A stretch of DNA of 63,815 nt, filler included, from Collodictyon triciliatum (GCA_043381765.1; 24 parts of 24 records of this genome joined end to end with filler, not necessarily neighbours in it); one strand, 5' to 3'. Counted from the whole stretch's first letter, positions 38,369-52,933 are shown. Numbers and translations are program-made. Notes: generated by a model from the letters alone, not told the origin.

Positions 38369-40794
38369 ATGATAAAGCCTCGAAAGTTTGTCGATTTGTG
38401 CCGAAGATCGATTAAGATTATCCTCTTTTCAATATCAATTTCGGTGGTTTTCATACTATCAGGTTTTTATTTTAAATATTCATCTATTTTATTCCTCTTT
38501 TATTCAAAAAAAAACATGCCTTTGAATAATAAAAAAAAAAGCGTTGTGGAAAGTCAATTATGAGAAATAATTTTAATCGTTTATTAAAAGTGGAATGGGA
38601 GTACTCTTCTATGGCTCCCAATCCTTTTCGAGGCGCCTACACAATTTCGAGGAATGAAACAATATACCTTTTGGGCGACGAGTTTGATATTTTATTCGCT
38701 TATCTTTTTAGATTAAATTGTATATTTCATTTCATGGAGTCATTCTGATTCAATGTCACCGTCTTCTGTAGTCAAAATAATGAGTATGACGACCCAGCAC
38801 CTCGTTTTGACAGAGTGTGGATGCTACACACGGGTAATTGCGAGATTCTTTTGTAAACTCAAAATTAATAAATTATTTGCAGTCTTGATAAAAATCAATC
38901 TATAAAATCGAAATTAGCATCATTGGAATGGTCCTGGGCGAAAACTTTTGGAAATATCCCTAAAAGGAGGACATACTATTGCGCTTACCTAGTGGGCGAT
39001 GAGGTTATCTTTTTTCCTTTATATTCAAGGGAGGGGTTTTGTGACCATGAGGTTAACTTATCTCTTCAATTATAAAACCCAAATATTTGACGGTTTTCTT
39101 TTAGATTTACATATTTGGCGGAATCACATGGGAGGGCTTGGTTGCTTCAAACGAAATATTCTCCCTCAACTTACACAGCTTTGAATGGAAGAAAGTGGTT
39201 TATGCATCAAAAAACAAACCAAAACCCATAATTCAAATGGCTTGTGCTTCGTATCAACATAGGCTTTACATTCTGGGTGGTTACAATGGGAATGCTGTCT
39301 CAGATTTATGGGAATTCAATATCAGTATGACAATTTTCTTCTAATAATTACTTTTTTACACGTTTAGTCAAGCTGTTTGTTAATTAAAGGTATCAACAAA
39401 ATTATCTTTAGAAACAAGCTCTTGGAAAAAAATCAAACCAAACCTGAAAAATGAAGCATTTTCTCTCTTGCTTTCTTACACACAAATGACGACTTATGAG
39501 GATTCCATCGTAGCTTTTGGAGGATGCGATATATATTACTATTTCTCACCTACGCTATGGGTTTTTAACCTAAGTACTCTTTGCCAATATTCAATATCAA
39601 TGAGAAAATCACTTAAAATCATTCAAAACTAACGAAAATATAACTAGCAACGTATGAATGGCAAGAACCTGTGGAATTCGAAAATGTGGTATCAACGTAT
39701 ACTGCGGCAATATCAATTTACAAGCACGACCTTTATATATTTGGGGGTTCATATGACTTTGGTCTCTCCAAAAAATCAAATGAACTTGTCATAATCAATC
39801 TCGGTTGGTTTTTATCCCATTAAAGCTAAACCAATATTTTTTGCATCATTTAAAGATGACAAGCAGTAAGTACTTTTCTCAAATTTAATAGTTAATATGA
39901 CGGCTCGAGTCGTGACATCCGATGTTCCAAATTTCATGTCAAATTATCCCATAAGCTCGCCTGTACCTCGATTCTTTGTATCTGGCTCATTCTCAAAGAA
40001 TTCATTTTTCATTTTGGGTGGACATAATACAAAAAAGATGAATGACTTCTGGGTTTTTGATACAAGTAATTTCGATTGATTTGGCTTTCATTTTACCTTA
40101 TTTTGACTCAGCAAATGAAATTAAAATGTATCTATTCAAAAGAAATAATTCTCGCTTTGTTGTATTCAATATTCACATAAATCTGCTCACTCAATAAATT
40201 CAAATTAAAATAGGAATTCAAAGATGGACAAATAGCAGTCTCTCGCTGTATCCAATCGGAAGAGAGGAGCCTCACATAGCCCAGATGGATGAATCCAGAA
40301 TTGCTATGTTTGGAGGGCTTGTGCATCTAGATACAAAGCAGCCGATAAACGACTTGTGGATATATTACACTAGTATTTTTTTAAACGTATAATCAATCTC
40401 ATTCAAAAATTAAAGGAATCACATTTAATTCCTCTTATTTTTAGATTCCAAAAAATGGGAGAGAGTACTTCAAGAGTCTGTCTGTTTTCCTCGTCAATCG
40501 GATTGTGGTCCGAGTGTCATTGATGCGGTAGGGGTTACGTCTTAATAAGGCATCATCCGAAATGAAAACATAATCCAAAACCAAACACGAACTTTTGAAA
40601 TATTAATTAAAAAAACGATTATTTTTTATCCTTTATTTTGACAGGGCTTTGGATATTATGACAGAGTATTTTACTTGATTGGTGGATACTTTCCTGAAAA
40701 CGATTTGCCAATTATGAAACAATACCATATAGGTAACTTATTTTCCTTTCACCAGCAGAATCTCAATGAATATGTCTATAAAAATTTTGTTCAG
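38369..40794 (+). CDS. Kelch-repeat protein with N-terminal hydrophobic anchor, many short exons, 3' truncated
   Basis: Repeated YIFGG/YILGGYNG..SDLWEF, FILGGHN..NDFWVFD, MFGG..NDLW, YLIGG motifs separated by GT-AG introns. Confidence 0.85.
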
Positions 40795-41521
40795 NNNNNN
40801 NNNNNNNNNNNNNNNNNNNNNNNNNNNNNNNNNNNNNNTTAATTAATTAANNNNNNNNNNNNNNNNNNNNNNNNNNNNNNNNNNNNNNNNNNNNAAAACA
40901 TGAGCATATAAAAAGGAAAAGGAAAAGGAAAAGGAAAAGGAAAAGGAAAAGGAAAAGGAAAAGGAAAAGGAAAAGGAAAAGGAAAAGGAAAAGGAAAAGG
41001 AAAAGGAAAGAGAAAGAAAAAGGAAAGGACAAGTGTTATGCTGATATCAATTCCTTGATGTGTTGGTTTATTAGCGCGGTGTTGAGAAGTATAATTCAAT
41101 TCATTATTGATTAAAAAATCTACAAATAATAGAAATCAATCAAGTAGGCTATTTAAATTTTTGATAAACGCATTTGAATCGAATAATGGAAAAGTTATTA
41201 TTTGTGTTTATTTTATTTTTTATTTTTTATTTTTTTTATTTTTTTACTTATTTTGTAGTTCATTCATAAACACTGGCAACTGTCCAATGGCGATGTGGCG
41301 CTCTCTTTTCACTTTCTTTACTTTTTCATTTTTTAAGAATGTTCATATGAACTTTTGATTATTATTTTTNNNNNNNNNNNNNNNNNNNNNNNNNNNNNNN
41401 NNNNNNNNNNNNNNNNNNNNNNNNNNNNNNNNNNNNNNNNNNNNNNNNNNNNNNNNNNNNNNNNNNNNNNNNNNNAAAAAAAACTTCTTTTATTTTTATT
41501 TTGTTGATACGAAGCGTGCAC

Positions 41522-43320
41522 TCAGTTGGTTTCTCGAAGCGGTGCGCATTCCAATCCAACAGGAGGTTCCTCGATGTGTTTTCTTGCTTGAATCAACCTC
41601 AGTTCAGGACGCTCTTCATCAGGCGCAAGCTCCATCGTCTTTTTAAGAACCGCTTGCAATGTTGCTGTCGTTCTCTCCAGCGTTTCCTGTTGGTTTTCAA
41701 GACATTTACAAAACTCACGCGCTGTACCAGTGAATTTGTCTATCTCGGCTAAAATGAAATGCAAATATCGTACTTTCAGAGGATATTGATAATGCCAAGC
41801 AAGAAGAAGAGACGCCATCAAATCCCCAGTTCCAGAGAATGACATTGGTATCTTTGGAATCAGAATTTGGTACGCTTCGTCTGGTGGCATAAATAAGGAA
41901 AATAAAAATTAACAAGTTACATTACATACTATATTTTTTGAATGAAAGCATTCTGTGGCAAAATGAAAGTCAGAGTAGGATGAGATGGAAAAAAAACCTT
42001 TGCCAGTTGATTTTCTGCTTCCAATAGTCAATATTGTGTTCACATCGGTAGGGTGTTGCATGCTTGTGATGACAACGGTCTCAACACCCAATCCGTGAAG
42101 TTTTTGACAGGCTTGTTGAGCATCTTCGATGGTGTTGATTTTCATATCTGTCAAGTGCCTTGGGAGAGAAAAAGGATAGGGTGGATCAATAATATTGATT
42201 GGTCATATGAATAGAAAGGTTAATCTCAATTAAAGACATGGCTTTTTTTTTCAAAAGAAATAATTATTGGGGGTTCCTTCTTTTTTCATAGGGCATTGAG
42301 TTTATAAAGGTTTGGGTGTGTGTTGAAATTACGATTGTAAGCGATGTAAATTATTTTGGGTAATATTAGCAAATGGAAAGGAATCGCTTACTCGCACTCA
42401 AACTGATTTGGGGTTAAAATTGAAGCATGTTTGATGACATCTTCGCGGAAAATGGATATGAGTTCCTTCGCTACATAAAGCTTTCCGTCGTCCCCCATCA
42501 CAGGGTCGCAGACTAATCAAAATAATGAATAGATTCAATAGATTATTCTTCCCTTTTTCTTTTTTTTTTTGACAGGAAAACAAGGACTCCTGGAATATAG
42601 AGAATAAATATTAAAGGAAATAGACACGTAAACAAAAATAATAAAGTTGAGAACGGTGAAGAATATAAGAATTTTTATATTATTGTTTGACGCGATGGTA
42701 GGTTGAATATTGAATAGTAAAATTTGTAAAGAAAATATCGTGACCGTAGACCAACGAAGGGTTTCTCTCTTTTAATCTATCAATAATTCTCAAGACTGTT
42801 CGAAGGAAACTGACGGATCCGATATATCCTTTTAGAATAAAATTATATGATTGAGTAATTTGCGAATACAGTGATAAAGAGAGAGCTCAAACCCCCGTTT
42901 TTTTATAATAAAACAAAGGTAGTTGAATAGCTATGGTTCTTTTGGTGAGACGCTTAATGATTTTGTACGAAATAAATGTAAGAAAATATTTTTGATAAAA
43001 CGCAGACCAGTGAGGAGGTGCGTGTATTGCCCAAGCAATCCATTTGAATCCAAGCCTTCGATTAAAGTCCACAATTCATCTCCGTTCAATACTTGCCCTC
43101 GAAAAACAGGGTAGCCTAAACATGTACGGTGTCATTAAGTCTCGAATAAGGTCATCACTCGGTAGGAAGTGTATTATTTTTAATTCAATTATAATGTATA
43201 TCTCAGAGATTAAGTTTGGGACTGCAGCGCATCGCAGAAACGTGAAAACATGGATAAACCTGTGTGATTTGAAAACTGCACTGAATTGATGGCATCCACA
43301 TCAAATCCCAAAACTTGCAG
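41522..43320 (-). CDS. PDXK: Pyridoxal kinase, multi-exon, 5' truncated
   Basis: [61 protein letters not shown]. Confidence 0.95.
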
Positions 43321-43438
43321 GGGGAAAGTAGCGGCCTATTAGGTAATACAGCGCGCACTTAGATAAAAAGACCAAAGACGAAAATGATTAATAATGATTT
43401 GATAAAACAAAACAAAACAAAACAAAACAAAACAAAAC

Positions 43439-43469
<31 letters not shown>

Positions 43470-43871
43470 ACAAAAACAAAAACAAAAACAAAAACAAAAA
43501 CAAAAACAAAAANNNNNNNNNNNNNNNNNNNNNNNNNNNNNNNNNNNNNNNNNNNNTTAATTAATTAANNNNNNNNNNNNNNNNNNNNNNNNNNNNNNNN
43601 NNNNNNNNNNNNGTTATTTTATGTTATTTTATGTTATTTTATGTTATTTTATGTTATTTTATGTTATTTTATGTTATTTTATGTTATTTTATGTTATTTT
43701 ATGTTATTTTAATAGTATTGAATATGTTCATCACAAAATTTAATGAATTTTTTAAACTTCAAACAAGTTGTCAAGCTTATTGTGTGGTATTTTGATTTAT
43801 ATTGTTTCAATTTTCTAAATTTGACTCTAGACTTTCATTCGAAACTTAACATATTGGAAAAAAATATTCTA

Positions 43872-44509
43872 GCAAAGTCAGGTGTTGATGAAAATGAGTA
43901 CATGCCCCTCGCGAAGCATATCATTACTTCATGTCCAAATGTGAAATTGGCTGGGTTGATGACCATAGGGGCTCCAACAGCTGGTGTTCGGCCTGACGAT
44001 TTTTTGGTTTCTTTAGACTTTCTTTATCAGCCTTTCTCTTTTTCTCTCTTTTTCATTCCTCTTTCGAATTTCTTTTAAAAAGTTTTTTATGTGGTCCATT
44101 TTTCCTTCACACCAAGATTCCTTTATGTCTCGTTACCCGCCCGAAGCAAAAGCTGTCAATTGACAACTAGTTCTGCTGCTATTATTCTCATCTTGTGTCT
44201 TAATGCTACCGCCTATTCGCTCTTTTTCCATTCGCCATCCAGAAACTCTCGCAGTTCCGCGCAGCACTTTGCCAAGAGACTGGATTAAATCCCCAGGATG
44301 TGGAGCTGAGCATGGGGATGTCATCAGACTACGAGCTCGCGGTGGGCCTACTTATATCATTTGTCCAGCGAGAATACACTTCATGCGGTATAATATGTTT
44401 TCCTCATATACATACTCAAGAATAATCACAGATTCAACACGGGAGCACGAACGTTCGCGTTGGCTCCACGATATTTGGCGAGAGGAGCTATCAACCAAAA
44501 GCAAAATAA
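43872..44509 (+). CDS. PLPBP: PLP homeostasis protein (YggS/PROSC), 3' exons
   Basis: KSGV..CPNVKLAGLMTIG; ELSMGMSSDYELA; IQHGSTNVRVGSTIFGER*. Confidence 0.93.
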
Positions 44510-45231
44510 AGCACAAGGAAACGAGCTTATACAGCTAGCTGTCAATCGTGTGGCCCTTGTTTCAGTATATTTTATTCTGGATGCACATAGGAGAACATGC
44601 CAGAGAAATTGCGACTGCATGAATCCATCTTATTTAAATATATTGTTATTTTTAACATATATCAATTGTGAATCCACATTAAGTTCTTAGTGCGGGGGTG
44701 TGCAGCCCATCTCTCACGGGTAGCTCTTCTTTGTTTGTTCCTCTATTTCTTTTTTCTCTCTCTTTTCCTTTTTCTTCTTTTATCTTTTTTCTTTCTCTTT
44801 TTTCTTCTTTCTCTTTTTTCTTCTTTCTCTTTTTTCTTCTTTCTCTTTTTTCTTCTTTCTCTTTTTTCTTCTTTCTCTTTTTTCTTCTTTTCTTTTTCTT
44901 TTTCTTTTTCTTTTTCTTTTTCTTTTTCTTCCATGTCAGAACTTTCAAAACTTTTCAAACATAAGCCGAAAACATACAAGCCCAGGGCGCAAATGGGTGG
45001 TGATTACAATGGAATATAATGACGAGCAGGGTGCGGCCGAGTCTTCGCAGCACTCCTCGATGGATATCCTAACCAAAGCCAGAGAAGAACGCATGGGAAC
45101 TCCCTTCAAACACAGCACAAAGGACAGGAAGGAAAGTAGACAGAGAGAGAGACTTTTGCCTCTGCGAGTCCAAGCAATAAGCATCATTCTCACGCGTGGG
45201 ATAGGCCACTCTTAGATTCATCTTTATGGCG

Positions 45232-45668
45232 CTATGTCCGGTTGACGACAGGTGGCGTGTCTGGGTCCATCGGAGGGAGAACTGCGGAGCGCATGTCAGG
45301 CTCTCCAGTGAGTCCGGCATAGTATTCCCAACGCCCGTAGTAGATGTACGGCCACTTTGCAGGAACGAGCTTGCCAGGATGCTCATCCCAATACAGCTCC
45401 TAGATGAAAGAATAAAAAAAAAAATGGCTCTTGATAAGGTGTACCGTATTAAAGAAAAAAAAAGCAGAGACCACCCAACTGGGCTGGAGTCGTGGCAGTG
45501 AAAGGAAACAAGTGCTCTTCGTACCCTCGAATATGCCTTTACTATGGACCAAACAGAGACTCCGGCTACAAAGGCGACGGTGTTCCACATGAGCAGGCGT
45601 GGGAAAGGATACGGGCGCTCGTAGCTGCGCAGGCGGGCAAAAAACGCTAGCTTTTCGTGCGGATCCAT
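45232..45668 (-). CDS. Small single-TM protein (~103 aa, 2 exons), possibly a mitochondrial complex subunit
   Basis: MDPHEKLAFF..LMWNTVAFVAGVSVWSIVKAYSR|ELYWDEHPGKLVPAKWPYIYYGRWEYY..*, with an in-frame GT..AG intron at ~45524-45400. Confidence 0.55.
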
Positions 45669-46761
45669 CTTGGAGAAAAAGCGGGTGTGCTGGAGAAGCG
45701 TTTTGTGAGGCAGATACCGTGCGTTAGGAACAAAAGGGAAGCCAAACTCTGTGTTTTAAGCCACGTGGGTGTGATGGATCGAAATAGGGCGTTTAAGCTG
45801 CATGGAATGGGATAATTGCGTAAATTCTCTAATATTTTTGTGATGCATGTGTTATTTTCCACATTCTGTATATTAAATTGGAATATATAATAATAATCGA
45901 TAAAGATGCAAAATAATTCTCAAATATTCCATTGTATACTTACATATACGTAATTAAATAGTATATATATGAAAAAATTTCTGTTCTGCACCACTTTGCT
46001 GGTTGGCATCTCCGCTTTGATTCTTTTATGCGAATAATGATCTCACAGGCGCTCACAACCTTTCGTTTCTGCAGTCACATAATCACTTGGCTACCTTTTT
46101 CAGAAACAAAACCAAAACCAAAAACAAAACCAAAAACAAAACCAAAAACAAAAACAAAACAAAAACAAAACAAAAACAAAACAAAAACAAAACAAAAACA
46201 AAACAAAAACAAAACAAAAACAAAAAAAAANNNNNNNNNNNNNNNNNNNNNNNNNNNNNNNNNNNNNNNNNNNNTTAATTAATTAANNNNNNNNNNNNNN
46301 NNNNNNNNNNNNNNNNNNNNNNNNNNNNNNTTTCTTTCTATTTCTTTCTATTTCTTTCTATTTCTTTCTATTTCTTTCTATTTCTTTCTATTTCTTCTTT
46401 GAAGGATGCACATTAGCCCTATGTGTGTCATATGTATGTGCTAGTTCTTGGCATTGCAGCACCTCTTTCTCATCTTCATCGTACACTACAATTATGTATT
46501 TGTATTTGTATTGGATTTTTATTTGGATTTTTATTTGGATTTTTATTTGGATTTTTATTTGGATTTTTATTTGGATTTTTATTTGGATTTTTATTTGGAT
46601 TTTTATTTGGATTTGTATTTGGATTTGTATTTGGACTTTTATTTGGATTTTTATTTGGATTCTTATTCGGATTCTTATTCGGATTCTTATTCGGATTCTT
46701 ATTCGGATTCTTATTCGGATTCTTATTTGGATTCTTGCTTACCTACATCCCCATCCCTCCC

Positions 46762-48770
46762 AGTTCACCCCGGCTGTGAACCAACCAGTGCAAACACCAC
46801 CGCTACAACAGCCTCAAAAAGACGCAGAGCGGCCAGTTGTGACAAAGTTAGGTGTGCTCTTTGCGGGAATCAGCCCCGATAATCCTGCTGATGCAAACAA
46901 AATGGTTGGTAAATATCGACTTGGTGAAACTATCGGAGAAGGTGCATACGGCAAGGTGAGTAGATTATCAACGACGAGCACCCTTTGTTTGTGTGCATGT
47001 GATTTGTTTAGGATGTTGAGTATTCCCTTTGTATTTACATCTGGTGATCAGAACTCTTGTTGAATTATTAATCCATGACTTGAAAATAGGTAAAAGTCGC
47101 TACTCATGTGGAAACGGGTATAGAGTACGCAATAAAGTCCTACAACAAGAAAAAGATTTCAGCAGAAGACCTTGTGAGCCAGACGCTGAGCATTACATGA
47201 ATTAAATAGAATTTATTTCCTTATTTATCAGAAAACATCCTAACTCATATTTCTTTTAAGTAATCAAATTACCTGATGCAATAATTACAGAGAAGGGTTG
47301 AAGGTGAAGTCAAGGCGCTTCGTCTTTTGTGTCGGCATGAAGTGAGCACATATCCCATTTTAACTGCAATTTATTTAAGGATGTTTTTTTTCAATATTTT
47401 TATCAATATTTTTTTTCAATAGAACATCATTAAGCTGGTTGATTATATCGAAATTGGAGATATGATGTATATCGTCATGGAACTAGCTAATGATGGGGAT
47501 CTTTTGGACTACACCGATGAGCGTGGCTATATAGACGAAGATGTTGCTCGTCCACTTTTCCGCCAAATTGTCGAGGGAATATACTATTGCCACCAATACA
47601 ATATTATTCACAGAGACCTTAAGCTTGAGAATGTGCTGTTGTCAGGAGGAGACAAAATCGTTTGTATTTTCCATATTTTTCTTTTCACTTTCTTTTCACT
47701 TTCTTTTCACTTTCTTTTCACTTTCTTTTCACTTTCTTTTCACTTTCTTTTCACTTTCTTTTCACTTTCTTTTCACTTTCTTTTCATTTCCTTTTCATTT
47801 CCTTTTCATTTCCTTTTCATTTTCTTTTCATTTTCTTTTCATTTTCTTTTCCATCCGAAAAGAATGATAAGGCGAGAAATAATTCGATTTATTACTATTA
47901 TTATTATTATTATTATTATAATTATTATTAAAAAAAACCTAGGCAAAGATATCTGACTTTGGTCTGTCATGTGTTTCTGCTACTGAAGACATCAAAACGA
48001 TATGCGGAACTCCTGTTTATCGTGCTCCAGAGATGATTCTGAAGCAGGTATTACAATGTACTTTCGTTTAAATACTTACTCAAAATCATAAAGAATCATT
48101 GTTTTTTATTGTAAAAAGAGTGGAGAGAAAAAAACCAAAAAAACCAAAAAAAAAAAAAACAAAGAAAAGAATATGGCAGTATGTTGTGATTGTACCTATA
48201 ATATATCAACGAAATATGATTCGCTTCTTTGTGCATAGAGGAAAAATTGACTATCATTACGCTCCCATGCCAGTTGCACAGTTTTCACGCTAGCCAATAA
48301 CACGTCCATTATGTCTAGGATTATTCCACTGGTGTGGATGTGTGGTCGCTCGGAGTGATTCTCTTCTCGATGCTACACGGCCAATTCCCATTTTATGAAG
48401 ACACACTGCAGAAGCTCTTTGACAGCATCACTTCTGGTCGTTATGTGGCGCCCACCAAAGGCAGCCCGCTTGCCCACGACCTCATCAGCAAGATGCTTAC
48501 AGTAAGGAGCTCCCTGTCATCCCCATGCTATCTTTTCCATAGTGGCAACCCCCCGATTTTTCTCCTGGCCCCAGGTCAATCAGCACGAGCGCATCACGGT
48601 GCGAAACATCCTTCGTCATCCGTGGCTGCAAGAACCCGTGCCTGTCGCTGTCCCTGTGCCGTCTCCGTCTTTGCGCCCGGTCGATGCCGATGAGACACGC
48701 CCGCGGCGCTCCTCTTCCCTCTTCCGTGTCAGCTTTGGAAAGCGAACAACAAGGCAAACGCCTGTTTCTC
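46762..48770 (+). CDS. CAMK-group (AMPK/MARK/SNF1-like) Ser/Thr kinase, multi-exon
   Basis: KYRLGETIGEGAYGK|VKVA..AIK, IVMELA, LFRQIV..YCH..IIHRDLKLENVLL, KISDFGLS, TICGTPVYRAPE, DVWSLGVILFSML.GQFPF, HPW. Confidence 0.93.
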
Positions 48771-49190
48771 TTTTTTTTTCTGTCTCTCTTTTTCTGTCTC
48801 TCTTTTTTTCTCTCTTTTTTTCTCTCTTTTTCTCTCTTTTTTTCTCTCTTTTTTTCTCTCTTTTTTTTCTCTCTTTTTTTCTCTCTTTTTTTTCTCTCTT
48901 TTTTTTCTCTCTTTTTTTTCTCTCTTTTTTTTCTCTCTTTTTTTTCTNNNNNNNNNNNNNNNNNNNNNNNNNNNNNNNNNNNNNNNNNNNNTTAATTAAT
49001 TAANNNNNNNNNNNNNNNNNNNNNNNNNNNNNNNNNNNNNNNNNNNNAGACAAAGACAAAGACAAAGACAAAGACAAAGACAAAGACAAAGACAAAGACA
49101 AAGACAAAGACAAAGACAAAGACAAAGACAAAGACAAAGACAAAGACAAAGACAAAGACAAAGACAAAAGACAAAAGACAAATACAGGAA

Positions 49191-50875
49191 ATGTTCTTTT
49201 CTGCACTGCGTCCCTTCCAATTCGCCGCAAAGGCGATCGGCGCCGTCTTTACTTCGCCTTCGTGGAATCAGGGCAAAGCACGACCATTTGTTACACGGGC
49301 CAACCCGTTTGCTGAGGTCTTTTGTAATAGAGTAAGCTCCTATATATATGTTCGTCATCAGAGAAAATACAAATATGTCTTTCCACAAGCACCAAACGCA
49401 TATAAACCACTCACTCCCCTTTCACGCGCAATATAATAAAGTCTCAATAATAATCAACCATTCCTATCAATTCTCTTCCTTTTCTTTTCTTTCACCATTC
49501 CAATCTGTCTTATATTTCCTTACTCTTATTCCTATTGCACTTTGAAAAAGCCCGCACAACCTCCTCGTCTTCAAAGCTCGGCCCGTCGCTCTTACTCGGA
49601 AACTCCAGTACCGACCAACCCACCCAAAGACCCGTCCAAACGCGTAAACTCGCTCGCAAAAGTAAACACAACACAGGGCCCGCCGCTCTCTCCGGTCTGT
49701 AGCAAAATCCACATCCGATAACACAACCCTTTATGTTACTGTCATTCGTCTGCAATCTATAAGTCCCGATATCCACTTCTTCTGCTCCCATCACCACCAT
49801 TCCATCTTCAATGTGACAATACTAATGTCAGAATCGTACCTTACTCATCGGACGTTAAAATATATTGTTCAATTCTCTCATTTGTGTATGAAATGCAGAC
49901 AGTCAAAAAAATCGTTCAGGGAACTCGAAAGACTGCATATGGCATGTTCATTGCTGCTGGTATAGCGATGCTGGTCAGTTTCTTTTCATGGGAGTTTCTG
50001 ACTTTTCTACAGCCAAACTTTTTGTCTCGTTCGTATAAACATACAACTGGATGGATTCATTTGCTCCACTTCCCTCTCTTCGTCATTCTGCACCATATGC
50101 ATTAATCTTCCATCCACCAAAGTATGATTGTGTATGTTGATGGATTTGCAGGGAGGCGTTGCATACACGCTGCTCTACGAATTAGTTGCGCCTCAGACTG
50201 ACTTGAAACTATTCCATGCTTCACTACCGATTATTCAGAATGATGAAACGGTATCTCCCATAATATATATATATATGTTTAAGTTTCCTGATGATGAAGC
50301 TGTCCTAAAGAATCTATGTCATTTCAAACATTATGCTATCTCAATTAAATTGTGCGAATGAAAAAAAAACGACATGGAAAGAAAACGAAAAATAGCCCGC
50401 CTAGTTTCTATTTTCTGTGCACAATCACGCATTAACTTGTCTATGGGAGATATTCACAGATATTTTTCGTATAGGCCACCCGCTTCCTCGGCTCTTCAAT
50501 TACAGGGCACGGTGGAGGTCGCGGAGCTGCTGTTGAATCGGAGACATTCGCTGGGGAAGATGGAGAATATATTCGCATCCATGTTAGTGTTGTTCCGATT
50601 GGATACATATATATAATTGCATGAATACATTGATTGAAGAATAGTACTCCCACAAAACATACATACAAAACAACCTCCCAAAAAAGTATTAAATTACTGC
50701 ATTACGAATCCCACCACTGCAGTACCGAGTCGAAGGAACTCGCACGAAGGGAATCGTCACCGTAGAGGCCAAGAAGTTGCCAAACGGCGGATTCGAGTAC
50801 AGCACCATCTACCTCTATCTGCCTGCGATGCACAAGCGCATTTACATCGACACGCCCCAAACCGCCTCCGAGTGA
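49191..50875 (+). CDS. TIM21: Mitochondrial import inner membrane translocase subunit Tim21-like, multi-exon
   Basis: Presequence-like basic N-terminus; TM YGMFIAAGIAML|GGVAYTLLYEL; FLGSSITGHG; DGEYIRIH|YRVEG..GIVTVEA..FEY..IYL, ending TGA at 50873-50875. Confidence 0.75.
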
Positions 50876-51211
50876 AGAGCAGCCACCATGGGCGGTGATA
50901 ATGGCTGTAATTTGCGAAGCTCACTGGATTCATAAACTTAAACATACGTGCGGTTTTGAAAGACTTTAAAATACCCCCTCTAAAAACCATAGTTCGGCTG
51001 AGGGACAGCATACCACAAATTATATACCGTATAATATAAACCATATTTTGTTGTGTCATATACTCATGAAAAGTAACAGAAAACACATCCCAACGAGCCG
51101 TTTCGCCAAGCTTTTTCTTTGCACGGCGCATCTGTCAAAGTCTCAAAGCGACGCCGAATCGTGTGTCCGACTTTCTCACGCGCAGGCTTCCAGCATCAGA
51201 ATACCCCGAGT

Positions 51212-51566
51212 ATGTCGTATTACCCGGCACAAATCCGGCCCACGCAACGAAAGCCGCAGAGAAGCGGACGCTCGGCTGTCGCTGAGTTGTCGAGAAAGAA
51301 GCCTACAGAAGCCTTGTTTGAGTGCGATGAAGAGGAGGAGCAGGACGCCCAGGAAGGCCAGCCTGTATGTCAATTGACTACGAAATGGGTTTTGGTCATG
51401 TGACCTCTTCCAGACTTTGAACTCTTGATGTTATGTCTGAACGCTTCATGTTTGATCCAAGGATGAGGAAAAGAGAAAGGAGCTGGAAGAAGAGGCCAAG
51501 GTTGAAGAGATCTACTGCCGTTTACAAGAAAAGATTTCGATGTCCTTAGCCATGGAGAGAGAACCG
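51212..51566 (+). CDS. Hypothetical protein, first two exons
   Basis: MSYYPAQIRP..QEGQP|DEEKRKELEEE..MEREP with GTATGT donors. Confidence 0.45.
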
Positions 51567-52933
51567 GTATGTATGTATGTATGTATGTATGTATGTATGT
51601 ATGTATGTATGTATGTATGTATGTATGTATGTATGTATGTATGTATGTATGTATGTATGTATGTNNNNNNNNNNNNNNNNNNNNNNNNNNNNNNNNNNNN
51701 NNNNNNNNTTAATTAATTAANNNNNNNNNNNNNNNNNNNNNNNNNNNNNNNNNNNNNNNNNNNNAGTCACCGGCTTCACTTGCGTATGGCGGACTCCCCT
51801 GCCTGCAGGGCGAATCCTGATTCTTGCGAGGCTGCGTGGTTGTGGCAGCTTCTTTGTGAGGCATGTTCAGCTTGACCACGGGCGAAACGACGTCGGTGAG
51901 AGACTGACCGCGTGTACGGATGTGGTTGGAAAACATGCCTTCACGATACTTGTGCTCGTTGGAGTGGGTACTCTCGTTGCTGTTGAGGGTGCGCTCCCGC
52001 TTTGTTCCAGTCTGCTCCGGCGTGTGGGCGGCCGTGGAGGTGGGTCTTTGGAACACAGACNNNNNNNNNNNNNNNNNNNNNNNNNNNNNNNNNNNNNNNN
52101 NNNNNNNNNNNNNNNNNNNNNNNNNNNNNNNNNNNNNNNNNNNNNNNNNNNNNNNNNNNNNNNNNNNNNNNNNNNNNNNNNNNNNNNNNNNNNNNNNNNN
52201 NNNNNNNNNNNNNNNNNNNNNNNNNNNNNNNNNNNNNNNNNNNNNNNNNNNNNNNNNNNNNNNNNNNNNNNNNNNNNNNNNNNNNNNNNNNNNNNNNNNN
52301 NNNNNNNNNNNNNNNNNNNNNNNNNNNNNNNNNNNNNNNNNNNNNNNNNNNNNNNNNNNNNNNNNNNNNNNNNNNNNNNNNNNNNNNNNNNNNNNNNNNN
52401 NNNNNNNNNNNNNNNNNNNNNNNNNNNNNNNNNNNNNNNNNNNNNNNNNNNNNNNNNNNNNNNNNNNNNNNNNNNNNNNNNNNNNNNNNNNNNNNNNNNN
52501 NNNNNNNNNNNNNNNNNNNNNNNNNNNNNNNNNNNNNNNNNNNNNNNNNNNNNNNNNNNNNNNNNNNNNNNNNNNNNNNNNNNNNNNNNNNNNNNNNNNN
52601 NNNNNNNNNNNNNNNNNNNNNNNNNNNNNNNNNNNNNNNNNNNNNNNNNNNNNNNNNNNNNNNNNNNNNNNNNNNNNNNNNNNNNNNNNNNCCTTCTCCT
52701 GCAGCCCCGCTGCTCGCTCCACCGGTCGCGTCCGGTAGTGCTCGTAGACCACACTCTCGTTGTCAAAGTTGAGGCTTGGTTGCTATTCGTGTAGTTTTTG
52801 TGCAAAATCAAAGGGCTACTTTGTGTGTTTGTTTGCCCAATGAGCACATTTTGAGAGTCAGTAGATGCTTAATTTTTATCTTAATTGATTTTGTGCAGTT
52901 TTTTTTTATTTTTTTTAAATTAAATTGACTATG

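Noticed and set aside
41522-44509. Apparent vitamin B6 gene cluster (PDXK next to PLPBP)
   Set aside because: The genes are on different contigs separated by the artificial spacer at 43513-43612. Contigs are ordered by length, so the adjacency is not evidence of linkage.
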